A DNA stretch of 58,605 bases, the filler included, from Sphacelaria rigidula (lineage: Eukaryota): NCBI GenBank assembly GCA_964200075.2. It is 4 parts of 4 records of this genome, joined end to end, with 100 filler letters (N's around TTAATTAATTAA, not from the genome) between each part and the next. Parts side by side here need not be neighbours in the genome. Positions count along the whole stretch, not along the records: positions 44,033 to 58,605 come from CAXNAA020002171.1; 3 more parts are not named here. One strand, 5' to 3'. A program made the translations under genes and the position numbers. Shown piece by piece: positions 49,401 through 58,605 of this stretch (positions within the stretch are counted from its first letter, which is position 1; each line of letters begins with the position of its first letter). Below the pieces are notes generated by a model that saw only the letters and a list, made by a program, of their open reading frames with translations, was not told the DNA's origin and did no database searches.

Positions 49401-52400
49401 GGTTAGTTACACAGTGATCGCAAGCGGCCAGTGGGTAGGGTGTGTCCAGGAGAATCTCCACATACCGTGAATGCAATACTGTACTGTGATATAACGATGC
49501 CGTTGGTGAGAGCGCGCGCCCAAAGAAACGTGAACGCCGCCCGCCCCTTGCACCAGCGTAGCGGTACACCGTGCAACCGCAGCGTGGTTTTTGGTGCACG
49601 CTGGTACAAGCTATACAGCAGACGAGCACAAATCAAACAGACGTGTACTGTACGGTGGCGCTTTGCGTGCACTAAATGGATGTTGCTTCGGGCCGAGCGT
49701 TGTTTGATCTGCCATATGGTGTCGAAAGTGGTTGTCCACCATTTCAAGAAACAACATGCGAGAGGTCAGGATAAACTTTCCTAAATATTCACGAAATCGC
49801 CTACTTTTCCTTTCTCCCTGTCCGTGGGAACCAGCTTCATATTTGATTGCTACTTGTAACTACTACAACCAGTCTCATTCGTTCATAATAATCAAGCTTA
49901 GTCCTGACATCAAATACAGAACAGTACAGCAGTAGCTGACCGTACGTACGCCCAATGCATCAGATGCCCGGTACCGCCAACAGCAGTAATTGCAACATAA
50001 TTGGAATTGATGAGGCTGCAGTGGAGCAGTGGGCGGTCTTGTAGCGGTCTCTCCGCGTGGCCAAAAGCTCCGCCACGCACATACACCGTGCGTGTTACGA
50101 TTTCTTCAACCTCCGCTTCGAGGTAATCCTCTTATGTCGGGCCATCTCTTCCTTTCCGCGAATCCGTGCGTGGCCTCGGGTCTTTGCCGTGGGTGACGTG
50201 GCTGTATCGGGTTCATACGTAGGCCCTGGGCTGCCGTAGACTTCCGCCATCCCAGCACATACGACGTGCCCGCATTTTTCAAATGAATGCGTTGGCATAT
50301 CGCGTGCATGATCCTGCGCGTAAGCAGCCAGCTCGCTGCGGGAAGAACTGTGGCAAAAGCTGGGCCTTTCGCAGATGCATTTGATATCGTCATATTCCAC
50401 ATTTCGACTACGTATGTTTTGCCACATCCTCCATGCTTTGTCGGAAGTTCGCTGCTTTTTTTACCTCCTGCGTCCATTTTTTCGGTCATCAACACCATTG
50501 CCACCCTTGGCTTCATCGTGTTGGAGTTTCCCCCTTGTGTGACGACTTCGTTTCTCAGCAGCTTGAAATTGTGTGCTAAAGCAGGGTTTGAACCCTTTTG
50601 GCTGCTGTTGGGAAGCCCTTGAAGGGAAAATGTGGTGTGACTGACGCGAAGGGTGGGGCTGTACGATGATTTGAGCATAGCTGTTGGGGATGTGGCACGG
50701 GGTACAATTTCAAGAGGTGTTTGGCCGCATCATGTCGCAACACTGAACTCTTCGTACGTGTACACGAATTCGAGCGGGCATCTCCAATCTACAGTCCGTA
50801 GCCAAGCCCGTGCACATCTGCGGAGTATCCGCAAAATGCAAACTTTTCTTCTTGTTCCTCGATTTTGGTCTAGTTTTAGTTTTTTTTCCGTTCCGTGATG
50901 GTCCGCGAAAAAACTTTTTTTCCCAATCCCTTGGCCGCAAGGGTTGTCAACTAGACCATTTATTCTTATTTCAGATGAAATTGAAACCGATGTCACAGAT
51001 GATCTATGCTCGCCGCTAAAGGGTCAAAATATTTCGTTTTAGGACGTTTCCTGGAAGAAAACTTGTCGTGAAGAATTGGTAGTTTTTCCCAGAGAGATAC
51101 GTTGTCGGCCGAAAATGTCAAGGGCAGCATACTTTTTCAGCAGGTATGAGCTTCGTCGGGAAACGGGTTTGTCAGGAACGCATCCCATCAAGCACGGTAC
51201 AACTGGCGGTGTAATCTATGAGTGGAGTATAGCTGCACGCAGCACAAGGAGGGTACGATGCAACAATAATAGTACAATGCAGTCAGGACCACTGTGAAAT
51301 AGCACAGAAGGTACACAGGTGCAGCAGCCAGCTGGACAGTAGGACGCTCATGCAAAACAGCAGCAAGGCAGCATTGTTCACACAGTACGCAAGGAAACGT
51401 TTCCGCAGTACAGACATTTACATCGCTGTACAAAGTAAAGTGAGCCCTGCTTCGTTTCCGAATTGTGATTCCTGCATGGTTCGTGCGGACTGGCGCGCTC
51501 ATGTTGATATAAAATCCGCCAAACGTTTTTCAGAGTTGTGTAACAACGGATTTGAGACTTATCCTCAACCAAAGTAGCCGGGAAAACGTCGATGCCCAAG
51601 ATTTCAGCAGTCTTTTTTCGGACGACCAGAAGCGGGCTGACGATGGCAAAGTTCAACTTCTACTCCAATTACAGTAAATCCGTGTGCGATAGTACTCTCT
51701 GCTGACAGCCCGCTGAATCGAATGAGGAGGTCGAATGATGTTGGGTGGCGAAACGTGACTGAATTGACGTTCAGAGAGCAGAGGGACCATTTGGTAGGGT
51801 TGGGTACTGAACCAGTACCTACTGCCAGTCCTAAAAACTGGCGAATGGGCAGCCAGTACCGCCAGTACATCCCCAAATTACGTACGTCCCACAATACGCC
51901 TTCAGAAACAGCGGGAATCCATCCATCTTACGCCGCCACGCCGTCTGAAAGGAAAGAACACACGCCACACAAGGCACACGCAGCGCACAGCAGGAGACCA
52001 TTAGAACGATGCAAATGTTTCTTACGTGTGGCAGTCCCCTGGCAGCAGACCCCGGCGGTGGCGGTACCGTGGGGCCTGCTGTGTCAGCAGATGCGGTGTT
52101 GATACACGTTCAGGGCTCTCGTGTCTTTCGCTTTCTTTCTCGTGTGGGGGTCTGTCCTATGATCAGTAATGAGTGGTGCCCACGCCTTGTGCCGTCAAGG
52201 GCTACTATAGACCCGCTCTGTCCATTTTTTTTCGCAAGTCCAAAGTACTCTGTTCTTGTCTGGACTCAAGTCACAGCATACACTTCAATTGCAACAAGTC
52301 ATGTGGAAGTCTCACCACGATGCTGGAGTTGATGAGCATCGCAGGATTTGTGGCACATTTATTATTTATTATTTCCACATTTTCCCTGAATTGAAAACAA

Positions 52401-53649
52401 ATAATTTGGACGCTATTCTAGACGTCGTCTCCCGAAATAGTTCCTTTAAGGTTGGTCAAAAACCACGCAGTTTTTAGGCTCTAGTGAAGCCAAATCGCGT
52501 AAGAAAGTGCCTTCGCCGGGTCCCCCTCACCAGCTGGGGGGGGAGCGCGACCACGCGGCGCAACCGCGCCACCAGAGGACTGATCGGATCCAGTATACTG
52601 GCCACACACGGCAGCTAGTACAGCGGATCCTTGCTGGCTGCGCCACTACCCAACCCCACCATTTGGGGGTGTCCGAGACATCGTTATGTAGTACAAGAGC
52701 TTACCGCTTGATATTCACTTGATTTTAGTGTCGAAAAATTGCCAAGAATCCGCGAATCTTCAACGGGGTGCTGTGCTTCCAGCGTGCGCAGAACGCGTTC
52801 TTGTCTAAATCGGCCCCTGGGGCGCCGATTTGAGGTCGTTCAGTTCACATCTTTCCTGGAGAAAAATGTGCACCCCCCTTGCCCGAGGATTCGGGGTATG
52901 TTTTCATTGGTTTAGGGTTAAGGTGAGGGCTCCCGCCAAAGATGAGTGCACAGAATGAAAGAATGATCAAGTTGAAGCGAATGATGAAACACTCCCAATC
53001 AATGCCCTACTCCCGATCTCGCGGAAACATCGTTCAATGTTAGCAGTATGCTCCTGTACGAAATGAAGACTTTTGACTACTGTTACAGATAGCCGCACTT
53101 ACTCTAGTGAGTCACTTCGACTCGGACCTGAAAAGTAATATCAAAATGTTCTCATGAACTTGTTCGCCGTACACATCACCACGCTGGAGCCGCCGGGACA
53201 ACGGCTGTCGTGTGCGAGCTTTTCCCCAGCCTTGATGCCATGAAGGTGTCCCGTGCAGGTCTCGGGTGCAACGCGCCTCTGAAATGGAAAATAATGACGT
53301 GTTGTGTTTGTTTGACGGCGTCAAGTATCAGTTTTTTAATCACTCGCGACACACGGACGTTAACCATTAACCTTCGGGCGTCGCCTTGGAATAGTTTCGC
53401 CGGCTGACAGTCCAGGAGCTTGGGTCCCCGTTTGCAGAACAACCAGAAAGCTCACGAAGTCTGTGATTTTTTGGTTTATACTACAGGCTGGGCCAACCTA
53501 CAAGCGGATTTGTACTTTGCAGGCGAATTCGCATTTTTTTTCTTGGACTCACGTGAGTTAAGGGCGTTTTACTTGAACCGTAAAACTGATTTTTGCCCTT
53601 GATTCACGAAAAAAAAAATCGTTCGGACCTCACAAGACAGCTTTTCTTC

Positions 53650-54565
53650 ATGCACTGTTGATTGTCCATACCAAAGTTCACTTTCCACCTCCAAGAAAAA
53701 AATTGCGAATTTACATTTGAAAAACCGAGGCGGTGGAAGTCCGGAACAGTATTTTGCAGGTCGTTTATCGGCCCACGTTTGGTGTTCGTGGGTTGAAACT
53801 GTGTGTAGGACCTTGCTAGGTCGTGATGAACGAAGAAAATGGGTGAGGTTGGGTTTTATCTTATTTCTTCATTGGTTGAGGGCGTTTTAGTATGGTAACG
53901 ATGATTTTTTTACGAGAACGCCCGAACCTCCCATGGAGGCCCATTTTTTTTTTACTCCGCATACCTCTGTCGTTCTCCATGCCAAATTCCAAATCACAAT
54001 ACTAAAAATTGAGCTGAAAAATTGACTTGAGGTCCAAGAGCAATGTTCATTTCTCCTCAAAACCCCCCTAAAAACATGAAAAAAATGAAAAGGCTGTTTT
54101 TTTTTTCATAACGCACTAGCGGTTCTCCATACCAAATTTCATAGCACAACTCTCAAAAACTTGGACGCGATATCCAGATTAAGCCTCTGCTCGTAATATA
54201 CTGATTTGAGTATGGAACCTTATGTGCGCCATTTCTCGAGATGGATAACGAATTAGGTAAAAGTGAGGGTATCTATCGTCTCCCCGTGCTCCAGGGAAGG
54301 TCCACACCAAAAATCGTCATCATTGATCGATCGTTCGAGGTTTCATGTAGATTTTAATGTAGACTCCATCTCCGCTAGGTATAGGAATTACGATACACGA
54401 GGTTTACTCGGCGAGGGAAGATTGGGCCAGATTTTTGAGCAGATTGGCACCTCCCCCCTGATCAGACGATTAATACGATATGCGGATCACGGCCCAACTC
54501 GTCTGTGTCGTTGAGATATCGCTTTTAGAGCTTAAATCCGTTTTTCGGCCGGCCCAGCCTGTATC
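53650..54565 (+). repeat. Diverged copy of the foldback arm (53650-53990) plus the associated downstream repeat (54375-54565)
   Basis: TTGTCCATACCAAA, GGAACAGTATTT.GCAGG, CGAG.ACGCC and CGTTCTCCA..CCAAA are collinear with 13945-14285; 54375-54565 matches 14350-14545. Confidence 0.75.
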
Positions 54566-55161
54566 ACCAGCTCTTCTTATACGAGAAGCTTTGAAATAGA
54601 GATCGAAATTCACGTGGTCTGTATGGGTTCAATTCTGGAAGACTTGACGGTGTGGGTTCATTCATTGTTTTTTGCTTCCAATTGGTTTCAATTCGCCTTT
54701 TGAAGTACAACGTTTTGCCTTAATTTGCTATGTGTATGACATTTTCCCGCGGAGAAATCTCAATCAGAAACGAGGCATGAGAGGAATGGAGTGACCACAT
54801 TTGTGATCGGGAAGAATGGTCACTTCGTTCTCCTACATTTGACCTACGGCGATTCGACAGTTGGGTAACGAGCAGTCAGTCACAGCTACTGTATAGATGC
54901 CTCCCGGTGTCACGTCAAAACTGTCTCTTACTACCGTGCCACGTCCTGTCCTGTGATTCGTCCCGTATCCAGGATTACAAAGTTGAAACTTGTCTTGGGA
55001 TGGTTTTCAGCTTCTGTGTAGTCTCTGTCGTTGTAAACAGTGTTCACTCTGGGTCCACGGGAATGCCACTCCCAAACCTTGGACGGCAATAGTAGGTAAT
55101 CTGTTGGATTGAAAAAGGTATGCATGATCCAGATGGACTACCCTAGCGGTCTAAAGGTCAA

Positions 55162-55275
55162 CCCTTTGACCGCGAGGGAAGGCGATCTATTGAATCGGCA
55201 TCATTTTCACCTTCACCTACAAAATAGAAGTACTTGTGCCGGTTCAACACATCGCCTGCGCTCCCGGTCAAAGGG
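55162..55275. mobile_element. Tiny MITE with 15-bp TIRs (CCCTTTGACCG(C/G)GAG), piggyBac-like ends
   Basis: 14/15 inverted match; flanks TCAA and TCAG resemble a degenerate TTAA TSD. Confidence 0.6.
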
Positions 55276-55830
55276 TCAGGTTTTTGTGATATGAGTTGAA
55301 TATCCGGCTCCGCCCTCTGTGACCATCCAAAAATGTTCATGATAGATCAGCTCGTCAACCCCTTCCTAAAAGTTGTCCGATGCCGTCGTCCGCGTGTCCA
55401 CGCAACAGGTGACTGGGCGAAATCCAACAGCCGATCCAAGATATGGGAACCACAGGCTAGCCCAACAAGCTCCGTGGCCAAGAGGCCTAATGGTCGAGGC
55501 TCCCCCATCTCCGAAACCTTGGAGAGGCAGGACGTGGTCCTGCGACAGTTGGCGCACGGCGCACACGGCAAACCTCACAGTAGACGGCGGTGATTCAGAC
55601 AAACAAAATTCGCCGACCGGTCACTGGAATGAAACTAGCGGAGGGGTGAGTCCTCCACGCTGTGATTTGAATGGGGCACGCGGGGGTTGAAACAAAGAAT
55701 TGTGTTCTAGATTAGGCAAAATACCCGGCGAGGCCGAGCATTATATGCGCACGTTGACTGATTCGGTATTGTTGTGTTGATAGTTGGGGGATGGTCCCCG
55801 TAAGCTACCCGTCCCCTCCCCCCGGAAATT

Positions 55831-56120
55831 TGCTCCGTCTCAAAAGGGATGCGTGGTCAATGGTCAAACGACCAAGGCAAGCAATAAATGAGTATTCCTT
55901 CCCCCCCCCCCCCCGACCCAAGAGCCGCATTAGGAAGACGAAAAAAGGCCCCCTACCGANNNNNNNNNNGAAATAAACGAGTATTCCTTCCCCCCCCCCC
56001 GCACACGAGTGTCTCTATTAGGAGTAGGAACGGTGCTCCGTCTCGAAAGGGATGCATGGTCGATAGTCAAACGACTAATGCAAGCACAAATGAGTACGCC
56101 GTCCCCCGTCCCCACCCCCA
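55831..56120 (+). mobile_element. Cluster of three 5'-truncated LINE 3' ends, each with a C-rich tail (55831-55914, 55970-56000, 56008-56120)
   Basis: TGCTCCGTCTC.AAAGGGATGC.TGGTC.AT.GTCAAACGAC.AA.GCAAGCA...AAATGAGTA plus C runs; a 10-N gap lies within the cluster. Confidence 0.85.
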
Positions 56121-56929
56121 CACACTGCTGGTCTATACGATGTGGTTCGAGGAAGAGTACGCCGGCAGCCATTGCCCACGTCATTTCAAACCGTTTAGCA
56201 GGAGATATGCATTTGTGGAATCGGCATCAATTCGACCCGTGAGCAAGGACTGGATATGTTGCCGATTCCACGAATGAACATCTCCGGCGCTAAGGGGTTG
56301 GAGACTTGCGAGACGGACGAAGTTTATCAGATTCGCAGAGTATTGATGGAAAGCCCAACGACTATCTGCTTTTATTGCGCAGTCGGAGACCCCGAGCAAC
56401 CGGTAGAACCAAGCGATAGTCTACGGAACCGAACGCCATAGATCGTGAGCTTTCCGCCGGAACACGTGCGTGAAATTTCGTTGTAGATGGTTGAGTACGT
56501 GGAGTGACCGTGCTGACAGTCCTGACACAACCGCTACATCCTGCACTGAGAAGAGTCCGTAGATATCATGGCGTTTCTAAGAAAAGGTATATCCTGCCTG
56601 TCGAGTTCCTTTCTGGAATGGAACGAATGGTACCTGCCGTCGGATGAGATTGATCCGACCACGGCGGTTTACCTACTTTGTACTCAAATGTCACTGATTG
56701 TGAGTTGTAGATGCACTCCTCGTCCCTCCCCAACGATGAATGTCTGTAAGTGCTGAACAATAAAGCGTCTATCCGAGGAATGGGAGAGTGGGACCGTCCA
56801 TAAAAGGGCCAACCATACAACCGTGAAGCGGTCCAAATGGGTCCATCTGTATTTTCGATAGAGGAGTTGATTCTATGCTCGGAAAGTGACGGCAGTTTCC
56901 CCTCCTCGCCCCCGTACGGCTGAATACAG

Positions 56930-58381
56930 GCGGCGCCCACAACTATGGACAAAGGACGACAACGATCGAGCACTACTGGAGGTGTCGAGGAAAGCAAGGC
57001 TTGCGATCCCCGTCCCGACGCCGTGCCGTCCGGTAACACGCGTAGCGGCGGAGCTCGTGTTGACTTCAGTAACGAGGACTTAACGCGGTATGCCGATCTT
57101 GCGATCATCGAGAGAGGCCGACGGGTTAACGCTACCGAAGATGGACGAGTTTTGGCGGGTGGGACAGGCGGAGGGCGGGTCCCTGGTAACGGTGGCAGCG
57201 GAGGGCATAATGCTGGCATCGACGGACATGATGGTAATAACAGCCGCGGTAGCGCCGGCGGTGGCCGTGGCAGAGAAAATGGGGTCGAGTCGTCGGTGCG
57301 TGGTGTTCGGTGCCGCAACGTTGGTGGTCGCATGACGACGACATTCGGGGGAGAAAGGAATGATATCCACGGTGCCGTGATTGATACCGAGGTGACACCT
57401 CATGCTAGTGCGTCGAGTAAATCGGACTGCTCAGACCAGCAGCACCAACCTCATTCAACTACTGTCGCTCAAACCGGAGACTGTAACAAAAGCGATACTC
57501 TCCTCCAGCGTAATGTTACACAACCCGCTGCCCCGCCCGCCCACGCGGCGGCGGCGGCAATGACGGCCATGACGGCGGGTGGACCGGGGGCAGCGGGTGT
57601 CAGGACAGCCTATCCCCGCCAACAACGTACCTGGTATGGGTGGGGAGGGGCCCGTAAGGTGGAGGTGCGCACGCTAGACGTGAGCAAAGCGTGTGTTGCG
57701 CCAGCGCAGAACAAAGAACAGCGCCCGATTGTTGTGGCGCCAGTAGCTACACGACCTGGGGTTGAACGACCGCGGGCTGTCGCAGGAATTGCGGGCGTAG
57801 CAAAGTCTGGAGTAGATCGGACGGAGGCGCCGTTGCAGGCTTCTGCGGAACCATCGAAGGAGAACAATAGTGGTGACAGACGGAAGACGGGGCATTCCAA
57901 GGAGCGAAGCCTTGTGGGTGTTGTCGGATGTGAAGTGGGGGCCCCTGTGATAGACCATGGAGCCGGCAAAAACGCCGACGACGCGGTGACAGCAGCGTCC
58001 ACCACCAGTCCCGGTGCTGGTGCTGGCAGTGGTTCTGATGAAGGTGGTGTCATTCTGCGGGGGACACAGGACCCAGAAAAGCAGACCAACCGGCAGCGGG
58101 GAGATGGGCAAGATACATACAGGCAGGGAACAAAACATGGCAGCTCTTCCAAGGGGAATGTGACGAGGCCGGCGGCGTCGCCCACGGTGGTGTGTGGCGG
58201 TGGAGTGGGCGGCAGCGGCGGTTCGACGAAGTCACCTGGGGGGGGACAGCGTGGCGTCAGTAGCGTGATCTCCGTCGGTGTAGACAAGTCTCCAGGAAGA
58301 CAGCGCATCGTGTGCCCTGTAGTGCGCGCCGGGCGCACCCGGGATACGGTTCGGCAGTGGCGCCATCTGTTCTTGCCCTGA
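56930..58381 (+). CDS. Large low-complexity (Gly/Ser/Ala/Thr-rich) exon or ORF of an unknown host protein
   Basis: 478-codon open frame, in-frame CAG acceptor at 56927-56929, composition typical of disordered brown-algal exons; no recognisable domain. Confidence 0.5.
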   Translation, partial: AAPTTMDKGRQRSSTTGGVEESKACDPRPDAVPSGNTRSGGARVDFSNEDLTRYADLAIIERGRRVNATEDGRVLAGGTGGGRVPGNGGSGGHNAGIDGHDGNNSRGSAGGGRGRENGVESSVRGVRCRNVGGRMTTTFGGERNDIHGAVIDTEVTPHASASSKSDCSDQQHQPHSTTVAQTGDCNKSDTLLQRNVTQPAAPPAHAAAAAMTAMTAGGPGAAGVRTAYPRQQRTWYGWGGARKVEVRTLDVSKACVAPAQNKEQRPIVVAPVATRPGVERPRAVAGIAGVAKSGVDRTEAPLQASAEPSKENNSGDRRKTGHSKERSLVGVVGCEVGAPVIDHGAGKNADDAVTAASTTSPGAGAGSGSDEGGVILRGTQDPEKQTNRQRGDGQDTYRQGTKHGSSSKGNVTRPAASPTVVCGGGVGGSGGSTKSPGGGQRGVSSVISVGVDKSPGRQRIVCPVVRAGRTRDTVRQWRHLFLP

Positions 58382-58605
58382 TGACGTGAAGACGTGGCGA
58401 GGGAAACTCGTGAGAGCGGAATTTTCCGTAGGAATTCTCGAATGGGGCAGACATTCGTCGTGCCCTCCTTAATATTTGTAGGCGGCTTCATGAGTGCGAT
58501 GCCGACGTGCGCGAGTGGGGGGGGGGGGGGGGGGGGTTGGCTTTGTCCCCCCCCTTCTCCCCGAGACGCGGTTTGGGGGCCTTTGGGACGTTTGCCGCCT
58601 CCCAT

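Noticed and set aside
47241..52130. Minus-strand multi-exon gene (exon-like pieces at ~47490-47717, 49035-49170, 50095-50618, 52027-52075)
   Set aside because: No recognisable domain, stops in the candidate frames, and no consistent splice phases; cannot be supported without RNA data.
56522..56929. Pseudogenised upstream extension of ORF 56945-58381
   Set aside because: About 6 stops in ~135 codons is what random sequence gives; no recognisable motif.

Overview
This is eukaryotic, intron-rich and transposon-rich DNA, inferred to be from a brown alga (Phaeophyceae) on the basis of its transposon families and its Gly/Ser-rich exon style. It is not one locus. It is four unlinked contigs of 14579, 14578, 14575 and 14573 bp (size-sorted), joined by artificial 100-bp spacers (44 N + TTAATTAATTAA + 44 N). 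Contig 1 (1-14579) holds a decayed Ty3/Gypsy LTR retrotransposon truncated in the integrase tail, an unassigned ORF remnant, LINE 3' ends and a ~940-bp foldback element. Contig 2 (14680-29257) holds a decayed minus-strand Gypsy, a 5'-truncated LINE containing a tRNA-derived SINE with a 5-bp target-site duplication (TSD), and a chromodomain-bearing Gypsy with an internal deletion. Contig 3 (29358-43932) holds the 5' part of a multi-exon VPS13/Chorein-N-like lipid-transfer gene on the minus strand; one of its introns carries an antisense orphan exon of an ascorbate-peroxidase-like gene. Contig 4 (44033-58605) is mostly non-coding or repetitive, with an isolated FCS-type zinc-finger exon and a large low-complexity exon. 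I found no convincing novel multi-gene system. The best leads are a LINE family whose 3' end runs straight into poly(C), the orphan peroxidase exon, and the unknown ORF that replaces the Gypsy integrase tail.
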